A stretch of 62,900 nt of DNA, filler included, from Sphacelaria rigidula (lineage: Eukaryota), in NCBI GenBank assembly GCA_964200075.2. It is 8 parts of 8 records of this genome, joined end to end, with 100 filler letters (N's around TTAATTAATTAA, not from the genome) between each part and the next. Parts side by side here need not be neighbours in the genome. Positions count along the whole stretch, not along the records: positions 7,877 to 15,651 come from CAXNAA020013496.1; positions 15,752 to 23,526 come from CAXNAA020013497.1; positions 23,627 to 31,401 come from CAXNAA020013498.1; 5 more parts are not named here. The stretch is one strand, 5' to 3'. Position 1 is the first letter of the stretch. Each line of letters starts with the position of its first letter. Of this stretch, positions 14,300-26,359 are shown piece by piece. Both the position numbers and the translations under genes were made by a program. Under the pieces are notes generated by a model. The model had not been told where the DNA came from. It saw only the letters and a list, made by a program, of their open reading frames with translations, and did not search any database.

Positions 14300-14614
14300 T
14301 TTTTTTCCATCGTTTTATTGTATTTTATTTTATTTGCTCTGTACTTTCCTCTTCTTTTCCCTTCTTCTTGTTTTAGGTCGGCCATTTCTTTCTGTGCTTT
14401 GCTTGTGTCGACATTTTTTCATCACTTTTTCTGTTACGACTTAGTCTGCTATGTCGTTCTATTCGCCCCCCCCCTTTTTTTTCTCTTCTGTTCCTTCTAT
14501 TTCTCAGAGCGTGTTTCAGTTTCGTTTTTCTTTGGTACGTCTATTATGAGACCACGGCTGGACCCCTGTGGGGTCAGTTGAAGTGCGACAATAAATAAAT
14601 CAATCAATCAATCA
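14300..14614 (+). mobile_element. Retroposon 3' fragment ending AAGTGCGACAA(TAAA/TCAA)n; inverted copy at ~33975-34265
   Basis: High similarity between the copies; microsatellite tail; same tail motif at ~9012 and ~37725-37757. Confidence 0.6.
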
Positions 14615-14623
14615 TACTCTGCA

Positions 14624-14930
14624 GCGCCCCGGTGGTGTGATGGTCCGACTGTCGTCATCAGGGTGGAGAGGACGAGGGTTCGATTCCCGACATGTTGGGG
14701 TTTTTCTTCGTCATGTCTGATTTCCACCGTGGAAAGCGTGAGAACGTGAGTAGACAAAGCAGTCGACTGAGTTTGTTTGACGTGAGTTGACGCCGTGCGG
14801 GAGTGCTGACCCAATCCGCGAGACCAGAAAAAAAGGCGTGTACCGGGGGAGAGATGTGTTGGTCCCTTGAGACCACGGACTCGTCTCGAGGAAGGGGAGG
14901 GTCTCAAAGTGCAACAAAAAAAATAATAAT
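14624..14930 (+). mobile_element. tRNA-derived SINE (~300 bp)
   Basis: Head with A-box (ggtggtgtgatggt) and B-box (ggttcgattcc) but no full cloverleaf; tail aaagtgcaacaa(aat)n; partial copies at 15590-15651(-), 15752-15940(-), 20015-20095(-), 23627-23703(-), 30048-30105(-), ~37080-37330(+). Confidence 0.75.
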
Positions 14931-16442
14931 AGTGAAAAAATATTCTTCACACTGCCCTACATATGAAGTTCATTTGATGGGTGCAAATGCCGAGTGAAGC
15001 AAAACATTTTTCGAGCTCTCGGGCAGTGCTTTCCTAGACTTCAACAGACAAGAACAGAAGGGAAAAAAAAGCGAAGAAAAAACGAGTCAAATTGTGGGTA
15101 CGCACCACGAACCCTTTGACCGCCCCGCTTGGTCCTTTATTGGATCGGCATCACTTTCACTTCAAATATTGAAGCGTGACCCACATGAACCACCCCGGCG
15201 GTCAACGGGTTAACTTGATTTGAAGTTTCTGAATACAATCAAAGGAACGGCATGACTTGCCAGTCACTGTGTGCGCTCAAGGTAGTGAAGAAGCGTACAA
15301 ACTCCTGCAATGTAATAAAAGGCAGTTCCAATATTATGCTTGGATCGCGAAAGCAAGTACATTATAACTTAAGCAACGCCACATGCCACGAACCCGTTCG
15401 CAGGGTAAAGTGTTGTGTACGGTTTCCTCCTTTCTTGAAGGAAAAAAAAAAAACATGCCCAAGTTTCGACATTAACATAAAAAATATAGTACTTGCTGAG
15501 GTAACCCCCCTCCCCGTCCCCCATCCCCCGTCCCCCGTTCCCTTTTCGCAAAAAAGGGCTCGCGGTCAAAGATTTTTAGGTCATTTTTTTCATTTATTTG
15601 TCGCACTTTGAACCCCTCCCCTTCCTCGGGATGAGTCCGTGGTCTCAAGGGNNNNNNNNNNNNNNNNNNNNNNNNNNNNNNNNNNNNNNNNNNNNTTAAT
15701 TAATTAANNNNNNNNNNNNNNNNNNNNNNNNNNNNNNNNNNNNNNNNNNNNGGTCAGCACTCTCGCACCGCGTCAACTCACGTCACACAAACCCCGTCGA
15801 CTACTTTGTTTTCTCATGTTCTCACGCTTTCCACCGTGGAAATCATACATGACGAAGAAAAAACCCAACGCATTGGGAATCGAACCCCCGTTCTTTCCAC
15901 CCTAATGGCGACAGTCGGCCATTACACCACCGGGGCGCGACGGCAACCTACATTAACTCATTACTGAGCGACCCAGCCGTGGTCACAAGGTGAATGCATT
16001 TAGAGAATAATGAAGTGAGATCTCGCTGAAAATTTTCCAAATACGCCCATTCGTACTGGAACAATCAAGAGTTTCGGAAACAAAAAGCCGGCCGGGAAAA
16101 CTCAGGGTTGGGGTTGAGAAGTTGGGATTTAAGCCCAGGGTATGACGGATTCCCGTAGTTGGACCCTGAAAACTGAACCCCGAGAAGAGACGTGGGCAGC
16201 AACTCAGGGTTGATGAAAGAAAATCATACAAACCCTGAGTTGCGAAAACCCCCAAAGCGTTGGTGTTCAACTCAGGGTCAGGAAACGGAACTAGGCACCC
16301 TGCCGCATAACGACCAAGCTAACAGAACACAGCCGGAGGACAAATATCGTGATTGAGGCGATGGCGGATGCCGTGAACGCCCGCGACAGCGCTGGTGATG
16401 GCTGCTCGTTCACGAGGGTGACCCAAGACTACGAGGAAGACT

Positions 16443-16708
16443 TGGAGGCGAACGGGGGAGCCGAGACACCAGTCGACCTGGCATATGATGACACGAAAGG
16501 GCGGGAGTCGGCCGCTCAAGCAGCCGCTACGAGGGCTCGAGAAAATGGCCACCCAACGTGAAGCTTGCGTTAGATCGCGCAAGTACACCACGTTGGGTGA
16601 CCATTTTAGTTGAAGTCCTCGTAGCGGCTGCATGAGTGGCCCACTTCCGCCCTTCCGCTTCATCTTCAGCCCGTTCGACAGGTGTCTCCGCTCCCCCGTT
16701 TGCCTCCA
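16443..16708 (+). ncRNA. Long imperfect foldback (~120-bp arms), candidate miRNA or hairpin-RNA precursor
   Basis: 16443-16570 pairs with 16577-16708; several arm mismatches are G:U wobbles on the + strand. Confidence 0.45.
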
Positions 16709-17813
16709 CGCAGCTAGGATTACTGCGCAGTGAACCTATATCGAGAATGGATATACTTTCTCAAAATGTGCACACGCACGGACACAGGCATCTGCACACT
16801 TGTATTAAAGACAGTACAGTACAGAACACTTACTACAGACAGTACAGAACTGTCTACAGACAATGCAAAAGTACAACTCTCAACTCTCACAACTTGTACT
16901 ATGATAGTGCTGTACCACACACCGACAAGTACAGGACTTGTGAATGACTGGCGGGCCGAGGTGCACTGCTTGTGTGCCCAATGTTGTGTCTATACTGTTC
17001 CAGATTCGTACCCGGAGGCTGTGTCGATGATACTGCTGTCGCGTATTCAACGGTACGGGGACAGCACAGACAACTGCAGTCATGCTACGAAGGACGAGGG
17101 GTATTTTGGGCCATTGCTTCCACGAAATTCAACGTCGAATCGTCGTTGTAAGCAACAACAATCGTGTCCGAACGTGCGTGTTACCGATAAATAACGCTCA
17201 TTCATAGTGCTTGACGCCGTTTTACCCGAATACAAGCGCACGGCGAGTGTGTCAGGTTGTCCGAAACACCCACGAGTCCTTTTGTCCTGGAATTAAACAC
17301 CCAACACATCGTAGCACGGCTCAGTACATGCTCTTCCGCGCTGTAAGGGTAGCACCGCATGGGTAGGCGCAGTGTTCGAACGCAGAACAGCACGGCGCGA
17401 TTTTCACCCCTTCAACTCATGACACCGACAACGTGGTATTCGGAACAGAAAATACTGAACCCTGAAAAGTTGGCCACGGTACACACCTACCTGGTGATAA
17501 AAAAAAACTGGGGTCCAGGCGTGAACAATCCATCCGTTTTTCGCTTATCCCTGAGTTTTTTTTCCCCCCGAAACTCTCTAATGTTTTATTTGGCCATGTA
17601 ATCGCTCCGCTTCGCTTCGGACAAGTTCGATCAACGTGAGAACACGCCTCCTCCCCGCCCCGGCCCGCTTTACCCTTGGGGCTGTCAGCGAAAACACTGT
17701 TCCGAAATGATGCCTCGTAGGGAAAGGGTAAACAAACGCTACCACCTTTGGGTCTTGCCTTTTCGTGCATGATGTATTTTTGTGTATTATGTGGATGATT
17801 GCTCGCCCTACAG

Positions 17814-17961
17814 GGGAAATTCACGGCTGCCCAGAAGAAGGAACTGTTTCAACTGGTGGCAAGGAATAACACCGTGTCCACCGACGTGGTATCCAAGCTC
17901 GGTATCTTGGAAAGATCCGAAGCTGCGTGGAAGGACAAGGACTATAACTTCGTTTGGGAGG
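17814..17961 (+). CDS. RMD1/RMND1-like DUF155 protein, internal exon
   Basis: GKFTAAQKKELFQLVARNNTVSTDVVSKLGILERSEAAWKDKDYNFVWE; cag| and |gtgagg, ends phase 1. Confidence 0.85.
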
Positions 17962-18894
17962 GTGAGGGCGATTTGGAATATGTATTGTGCTGAGTGTTTA
18001 GTGTGGAGGCTTCGTATTGTCGTGTGGCTTTAACTGTGCAGGGACGGCGCGGGAAAATACCGTTTGACATTTCTGTGACAAAGCGTCGAGGCGATACTGC
18101 CACCCTTACATGCAGTGCGTCAAAGTCTAGCGAGAAGTTGTTGTCGCCAATGTCGTTGTTTTTGCTGTTGCTGTTATTTTGCATGGGAGTTGCTGCAACC
18201 TCGTGTGGGAGGGTGAGGTCCGCGAGGTAAAAGTGTTGTGTGTGTGTCAGCTGGCAGGGTACACAGGTTATCATATGACATTTGTGTTCCGTTGCCTTGT
18301 TATGTTTCCTCCACAATGTGCGTATTAATACTGTAGTAGCAACCGCTATTCTAGGCTCAAAAATCGTGCCTGTGTTTTTTTTTTTCTCCTTCTCATTTTC
18401 TGCGTCAATTAAAAAATATTCCAATAATGAAGAGAATCATATATGTATGAACCACGAGCTTCCGTCGCACGAAAAGGCATTGCGGTGAATTCGTAGATAC
18501 CCCTTCTCCGTTGGGCGGCGATTCGAATTCTTTTTATCCACACAAATCTTGTACCCACCCCTCTGCCCTGGAAGGTGCCGTAGTACGACGGGGAAGACTG
18601 CTGCGAATGCCACGTGACAACGCTTGAAAAGTGAATACCACAGTATATGCGTGCTGCGACATTCAGTGGGTCAGTAGGCACCGTTCATGGTGCGTGTGTT
18701 CCCGAAGGAATACTGGGTGTTGTTGGTATTGTTGGAGTACTGCTGCTGGTGCTTTTGCAGCTTGAAGGGTGGCTTGCTGCTCTCGCTGCTGCTGCGGTCG
18801 CCGCAGTCCTTGTCGTGTGTTGCTCTTCCCTCATTATCAGCGGCGATTTTCGGTTTACACACGTCGCAATCGCATGCATGTACGCGCGCACAAG

Positions 18895-19006
18895 GTCTTC
18901 GGGAGGAGTTCGAGCTGGACAGCCGGTTTAGAAAAATCGAATTCAAGCTCAACATGCTGCAGCAGAACACAAACTTCTTTATCGAGATGCTGCACAATCA
19001 AAAGAG
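18895..19006 (+). CDS. RMD1/RMND1-like DUF155 protein, internal exon
   Basis: GLREEFELDSRFRKIEFKLNMLQQNTNFFIEMLHNQK matches the family ExxxRxxxLxxKL motif; phases 1-2 are consistent with neighbours. Confidence 0.88.
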
Positions 19007-19315
19007 GTGAGGGGGTCGCGCCTCGATTGTCTTCGAACTGTCCTGTCGTTGTGGAAATTCCCTGCGTGACGGAAGGAAGTTTTTTTTTGTACTTGTACTT
19101 TGCCGCGCCGCGGACAGCCCCTCTCGTTCCATCCAGCGGATCTGCAATACGTCAGGTGGATGGAGAGGCATATTTTTACTCACCTTCGACTCGACGATTT
19201 CGATAAAATTACTTTTTATCGTGGACTTTTTCTTTTGTATTTTTTTTTTCTAATTATTCCCATGTACATATTTTTGTTGTTCACTCTATTTGTCTTGTCT
19301 TCGTTCTTCTCAGTA

Positions 19316-19352
<37 letters not shown>
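19316..19352. repeat. (TCG)n microsatellite in an intron
   Basis: Seen directly. Confidence 0.95.
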
Positions 19353-19734
19353 TGTTTTTCACATATGGAGCTGATTTAACAAGTCAGTGGTCGACGCGGG
19401 AGCCATGCGTGATGTTGTAAGAGTGATAACGTTGTTGATGTAGTGAGCGGGCTGAGCGGCTTGTGTAACGAAACATTGTGGCGGGTTGGGGCATGGCATA
19501 TATTAGTCATGCGAACTGCCTCTAATTCTATCAAAACTGCGTCGTTTGTTTCAATGTGCAAGCCTGGTGACTATGGCATGCACAACAATGAGTACCCCCC
19601 CCCCCTCCTTCCTCCCTACTTATCTCATCGTTGTCGTTTAATATATTCACATGGTGCTTTTACGCTCTTGTCCGCACTCTAACGCGTTTTATCTCGCCTT
19701 GTTGTTTTTTTACTTATTTTTCTGTGAAATTCAG

Positions 19735-19825
19735 CACCATGCTGGAGTGGACCATCATCGTGCTGATCACGGCAGAGATCGTGGTTGGGGTGTGTGATCT
19801 TATGAACTTCAGGCCCTTCACGTAG
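19735..19825 (+). CDS. RMD1/RMND1-like DUF155 protein, last exon
   Basis: STMLEWTIIVLITAEIVV...* is the hallmark LEWxIIxLIxxEI C-terminal TM helix; phase 2 acceptor. Confidence 0.88.
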
Positions 19826-21704
19826 TTTTGACTATTGCTTCCGAGTACGATCAAGGTTTGCGGGTCTGTTGCTTCCAAATGCAACCAAGGAGCAGGTTTA
19901 CTGATTTTCTCTTTGCCTTCCTGGCGCTCTCACGTGCTACTCTCGAGACTCGGAGAGTTTATTTGCACCACCTGGGACTACGTGCAGGGCTTTTTTTAGA
20001 GGGGATAGGGGCACACCTTTAACCCCCTCCCCCTCCTCAGGACGAGGACGTGGTCTCAAGGGATCAACTCATCATTCTCTCCGTTTACGTCTTGCAATAC
20101 TTGTAGAGTGTTCTTTGCTCAGTGGTATCCCATTTTTTTAGGTAGCGGGTAACTTACTGAGGCAGAACCGAATGGAAGTAGAGGGAGACACCGTCGGCGT
20201 TTTCAACCAGTATATATTGAGGCATGCCGTTTTTGCAGAAACGGAGGAGGCGGGGAGGGACCGCGGCTTTGGCACACCCCTGCCCTTCACCGGGGGGGGG
20301 GGGCCAATATATGACGTAGGATGTGAGACGGTGTCCATAACAGCTTCGGAATACACGCACTATCTTGTAATTGTACTCTTGTAAATGAAAGTAAGAAACA
20401 AACAAAAATAGTTGTGTACGTCGTATGTCGGTCTGTCGCTTGGCGCGTGTCGAGCCTTTCGTTTTTTAGACGGAACGGGATCACCTTTCTCGGTCTCTCG
20501 TGCCCCCCCTTCCCCCCGCCTTTAACGGCACGGCCGCGCACGCTTGTCGCCGCCGACAGTAAGAGCCATAATTATGTGGCGTTTCCCCGTAGGTGCCTAA
20601 GCTTGACGCGGATAGAGGGAGCGTGTGTTTCTTCTCGATGACCACTATAATGGGTTTATCTGGCCTTAGCGTGGTTGCGGTGTAGTTCGGACCGTGTCAG
20701 TAGGTGAGTTTCTGACGGCACGAGAATTGTCGTGCCGATGAATACCTGTTGACGTGATGGGCGACTGGCCGCGGGCCCAGCTGCCTCGACCACGTGCTTG
20801 CTTTTCGAGTTCCGATATCTTTGTGATCTCACCAACACGGTTTGACTTTATTCGTATGATGTTTGTTGCACCATTTTGATCCTGTTGGCCGCGAACACAG
20901 ATCGGTTGATGGATAACTGTGTCGCCAGATGAACCATTTTTATATTTCTTCACTCGGAGACGATATCGCATTCAACAGCGCATATCTTTCGCGTCACGAA
21001 GGGGGTGGCCGGGGTCTGCTTTTCGTGTGTTTCAAATCCCACTTTTTTTTTCTGTTGAAGGCTGCGAACACGTCGATTGGTATCTTCACCGCGGAGGAAA
21101 CACGTCGGCGCTTTGAATTTTTCAGGCACAGAAACTTCGCGTTTGGCATGTAAGTGGTTTGAATATTCCGCAGTTAAAGAGAGGTTCAATGAGTGGCTTT
21201 TTTCGACAGCGAGGAACACTCGATTGGAAAGGGAATATCTCCGTCAGGTTTCGGCACTCGGTTTTGTATGCTTACGCCTCGAATTGCTTCACAATCACAG
21301 GGTCAATATTTCTGTTAAAGCCAGGCTCGAGCACCGCTTGGATGCCCGTCACCTGATATCTGACGTTGCTAGTTGCAATTTGAAAGTCAGCATCGAATCC
21401 TGGCAGGCTACGTGCAATTTTTCGACTTTCACTGCAGTAGACGCTTCCGTTACTCTTATTCTGCACTATTGCAAATATTTTTGAGTTTGACGTAATCAAG
21501 CATTGGTATATATGTACGCACAAGCGCGCGGCTGAGTCGCAGTGCTGGGTGTCACATGCGTACTTGAGACAAGAACAAGTTCTACCGCGCGCGCGATAGC
21601 ACCCTCCTCCCCTCCCCCCCAGAAAAGTGGGTGGTTTGAGGAGGCAAAATCTACATTCAAATCAAAATCCCGAAAAAAAGCGAGTACACACGGCCATTTG
21701 GCTA

Positions 21705-21962
21705 CCCCCCAAAATACCTCCGGAGGGACGCGCGACCCTCCGAGGCAAAATAAGCCTCCGGAGGCCTTCGATTCCTCCGGAGGAAACCAAACACTACCGA
21801 CCTGGAGCGCCGCGCACCCCTCCGGAGGAATTTGGGGGTAGCGAAATGCCTTCGGAGAGATGCGCGGCCCTCCAAAGGCAAAAACAAGCCTCCGGAGGCG
21901 TTTGATCCCTCTGGAAGAAACCAAAAAATCTCCCCTAGAGGGCCACGCCCCCCTCAGGAGGT
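21705..21962. repeat. Array of palindromic CCTCCGGAGG motifs in a ~130-bp degenerate duplication, probably subterminal repeats of a DNA transposon
   Basis: Multiple cctccggagg copies; adjacent 21595-21665 resembles the end of the 914/51608 MITE. Confidence 0.55.
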
Positions 21963-23256
21963 GTTTATTTTGTAGAGCTCGTGAATGGTTTGCCTAACCA
22001 TTAACCAGTCGGATGGTTACGCGCAGCGCACCCATGAACCAGTTGAATGATACATCGTGGTTCGGTCATCGAGCGGCGTAGCCGCGAACCAAAAAGCCAC
22101 CCCCCGGCAGAGGGGGCCCCACCGGAGGCGCCCCTAGAGGCCCCAGTTGGAGGCGCCGTGCCAGAGGCGCGTTTCCACGCGATTTGGCTTCACTAGAGCT
22201 GAAAAATTCGTCAAATTTGGGCCAATTTTCAAGGACTGTATGTAGCGTAAGTGGCTGGTAACAGCTTATAAAGCCGGTAACGGTAAATAATGGTTTGAAA
22301 CCATTATCCCAAACTTTCATATAACATCACTATTATTAACATTAAAATGATAATGGCCAGTCACAACTGGTACCATTTCCGAGCTCTATGAATTCCTCTA
22401 CAGGCTCGAAAAGTTGACCGACCTGGAGGAATTTTAGGGGTACGAGCTGGGCTAGCTGACAAACTTACGAATGTATCCGGGCCGGGCGGTGGGTAATCGG
22501 AAGCGCTGGGCGCTGAAATTTTGACACAACATTTTTTATCATCACTACGCACAACCTTCCCGGGGATGTCAAGGAAAAAACAAGAACAGAAAGTTAGAGC
22601 GATTTGAAGGTTCTGCAAAGACTAGAAAAATAATTCAACTCCGCGAAAATAAAGAAATACGGGGGCATCCCTAGTGTTGTTGTGCGTCCTTGTGAAGAGG
22701 AAATCCTGGTACAGTTTCGGCCAAAATTCCAGAAATTTGGCGCAGCATCCAACTTTTCGTGTGGCACGGCTGCGCTGCCTTCAATCCAAGTAGTGCAGTT
22801 GACTCCAGTTACGGAGGTCACGAGTTCGAATCCCGACGGATATTTTTTTGGTTCCGCCGTCGGTTATTAGTGATATACATTATGTAGTATATATTTTTTC
22901 AATTAATTTGTTCTTCATTCAGCGCGGCGGTCCCGAGAGTTACCACGTTGGTCTACACCGATATACTCAAGTCTCAACTCGGGCTGGTTTGGTGAACTTG
23001 ATAAGTTATGGTGTGATATTCAAACGCGGGATTTACTGCTGGCCCAGCTCGTAGCCAAATAGCCGCGTGTGGAGCACATCGAGTAGCTAGCTAGCTGGAT
23101 TCTCTCACGCCTGGGACCGTTTTCGCCAATCAATCAATCAATGCCACCCATTTGAGACTCTTCATGCTGGAGTCTGAAACCAGCCATCATGCGCTGTGCG
23201 GCCATTTTCTTCGCGACAGTTACGGGATTTGTTTGGCGGGGCCGGGGGCGGCGGGT

Positions 23257-23293
<37 letters not shown>

Positions 23294-26200
23294 TCCTGTA
23301 GTATCGCGGCATCACGTAACACACGTTTCACGTATGTACACTTATGCAGTACTATACTGTAGCAATTTGATGCGCGGTACGGAAATACAGGGGCACATAT
23401 ATCGGCACGGTTTTCATCGTGAAAACGACGATGGCGACGACAACGACAACGACAACAACAAACATTTCAAGGGTCGGACAAATACTGATTCGTCTGAAAA
23501 TTACTTGGTTTTAGTATAATGAGTCGNNNNNNNNNNNNNNNNNNNNNNNNNNNNNNNNNNNNNNNNNNNNTTAATTAATTAANNNNNNNNNNNNNNNNNN
23601 NNNNNNNNNNNNNNNNNNNNNNNNNNACCCAACGCATCGGGACTCGAACCCCCGTTCTCTCCACCCCAATGGCGACAGTCGAACCATTACACCACCGGGG
23701 CGCGGCGGCAATGTATATAAATGCTATTGATAGTGGTGGAGACTGCTACCGCACACCATATACAGTTACCGGTCAACCAAACACTTGCCTTTCCGACTAC
23801 CCGCCCGCTTCACTGTTACGAGAAATATTTACCGTGGTCCTGAACGCCATACACGTGCAGGCATCGATATATGCCCTTCGTTTGTGCGGGGTCCTTGCTT
23901 GGCATGGGACCAGGGAACAGAAAAATCGTACGAGGCCGCTTCCTGTGCTATGATAACACATGTCTCCAAACAAAGCCTACTGTGGCATTTAGTGCCGATC
24001 TCCGCCGGAATACGAGGTTCGGCATATTGTGTCACCTCCGAAAGACTTGCTGCTGTACTCCTTGGGAAGCATCTGGTGCCCTTTCCCAATCTTTCGTCCG
24101 CCCAGTTTGACTTTTGGCGGGTAAACGGTTTCTCAAGCAACCCCAAAATAATGCTACTTACCGTGTTCCTCTGAGATCATCGGTATGTAAGTATGTGTTT
24201 CCTGGGGAAACCTCGAAGGTGTTGTGGGTTGCTAGACAAATCCACCAGAGCTCTGAATTAAAATGGAATGAGATAATGAAGAAGGAGAAAGCCCAAGTGA
24301 TTCAGAGCGGCAGAGTAGATACAGACACACATCAGTGGGTACCGCAGAATAGAAGAATGCTCATACCTTATCCTGATTATGTATGAGCCTCTATCCCCAC
24401 TACCTAGGGCTGAAGATATTTCATCTCTCCCGCAAGCACGCTCAGGGGGTGTCATCTAACGTTTTGGCCAGTAGCGTACGAATAACGATTATTTAGATTA
24501 AAGACATATCAATGCACCCGCTACATCATAAGTTATTTCCTGATGACAACCCACCATCCCTCCGACCCTGGGGGGGGGGCGTACTCATTTGTTCCCCGGG
24601 GTCGGGCAAACTCATTTGTTGCTTGCCTTAATCGTTTGACCATTGAACTCCGACCCCGGGAATGGAATAATTCAATCTCCTCCCCAAGAACGCTTAAGAG
24701 GCTGTTATCTACCGTTTTGGTTCGTCACGTGCGGACGGCGATACCTGGCGAGACCGGCAAGATATTACTAGGATGTCTCCACCATGCCCTCATTTATTTA
24801 TGGCAATCCCTCACCTCAACACCTCGGGGATGAAATCGTTTCATCCCCTGTCAAAACGACTCAAAAAGAGTGCTATCTGATGTTTCGGCCAGTTGCGTAC
24901 GGGAGGCCGTTGAGGAGGGGAGAGGTATCACTACAAACGCCATGATTCGCCCCATTCAATAATGATAACCTCTTGCCGCTCCCACTCCAGGGATCAAAAT
25001 ACTTCATCCCCTCCCCAAGAACGCCTCAGGGGATAGTATCTATCCTTTTGGCCCGTCTCGTGCGGAATACTACCCCATCTATTAATGAAAATTCTTCTCG
25101 TGTTCTTCCGGAGCAGCAGTAGTGACATCGATAACTTCGATACATAGCCCAATGCGCGAAGATTGTTGCTCGTCAGTGTACCGCTACCATCGCTGCACAT
25201 ATGAAGGCAGAAGCTACTGGACGAACTCGTAGATGCATTCCCATCTGCGGAGCTACTCAGACAACTCTGAAATAGATACCCGTTTCATGGTTGCATCAAG
25301 CCCCAGTGTTGAGATCCTGCCTCACGACTGCAGCCGTGTGTCACGTGTACATTAAGCCATGGATGAACATGGGCTGACGGAACGACGCAGGGAAACACCA
25401 TGGAGCTGTCTGTGCTTGTACTGTACAGGTAGGGTTGACCGAAGGATGCGTTATGTTTCACGACTACAGACACTTACAGTCACATCAGCTTTGCAAGCAC
25501 GAAAAATCGAAAAACAGACCGCAGCGAGGTGATATGTATCAGATGTGCGGTGTGCATGTCAACAGTTGTAGCCCGGAAACCGAGCTCGAAAGTATACCCC
25601 GACTGTAAGCTGCGGCACTACAACAGTACAGCATGAGCCCTGTGCTAAACTCTTCCTGTTGACTCAACAACAGTTTGTACGTATAACCCCACCATACATG
25701 ATATGATCGGGATGCCTCACCGTCTGTAGCATAAACAACTCCACGCCAGCGCCGAGGACAAAAGCGGCCGGGACCATCCTCACCATGAGGGAGCCAAATT
25801 TGCGCATTGTTGTAGCGCAAGAAACTCAAGAGCTCCTCTGTCCGTCCGCAGCCGCACCGCTCTACTCTGTACTCGAGCTCTTCTCTGTACTTCGTACGGT
25901 ACGTAGAGAGCCAGCGCAGCAGTGCGGCAAGTTTTGCGCGCTGTCACTACTAGTTTTGCTTTCCCCAAGCTGGTCGATGACCGAACATGAACCAAAGCAG
26001 AAGAAAGTTGCTCACAAATGTATCACACTTCTCAATATCCGATAAATGCCTCACGTCTGTTCCTGCAACCGACTAGTAGCGGTCACCTCTCACCTCTGCA
26101 CCCGACAACGGGTTGAAGCGAAGGGGGGGAGACAAGACTCGACTTTTTGTGACATATTTTGACGTACGTCTGCCGATGAAGGGTATACCCATTCTTGAAA

Positions 26201-26310
26201 AAAAGGGTATCGCCATGCTCTCATTCTCGATATCAAGTATCTCGGGGGACATCGGCACTGTTGAAGGGGAGAAAGGTAGAGGATAGAGCGTCCACAGAGA
26301 GGTAGCAATC

Positions 26311-26359
26311 ATGGCGCAGCAATTACGATCGGGCCTGAGGCAGGCCGCGGACGCCGTCG
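26311..26359 (+). CDS. First coding exon (MAQQLRSGLRQAADAVG) of a mitochondrion-targeted protein, probably OGDH E1
   Basis: atcATGg start, |gtgagt donor, phase 1 matching the acceptor at 30625. Confidence 0.55.

Noticed and set aside
14624-14700. tRNA gene (also tRNA-like B-boxes at ~22820, 23640 and 37100)
   Set aside because: No complete cloverleaf; embedded in a longer multi-copy repeat or degenerate, so treated as SINE heads
15590-15940. SINE halves on either side of the spacer look like one continuous element bridging contigs 2 and 3
   Set aside because: The SINE is abundant and contigs tend to break in it; equal contig lengths and the missing MCCB exons argue against true adjacency
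16349-16709. Mirror-image peptides EANGGAETPV on both strands
   Set aside because: A consequence of the inverted repeat, not two genes
20950-21523. Minus-strand frames faintly resembling a hAT dimerisation motif
   Set aside because: Similarity is too weak to support without a profile search
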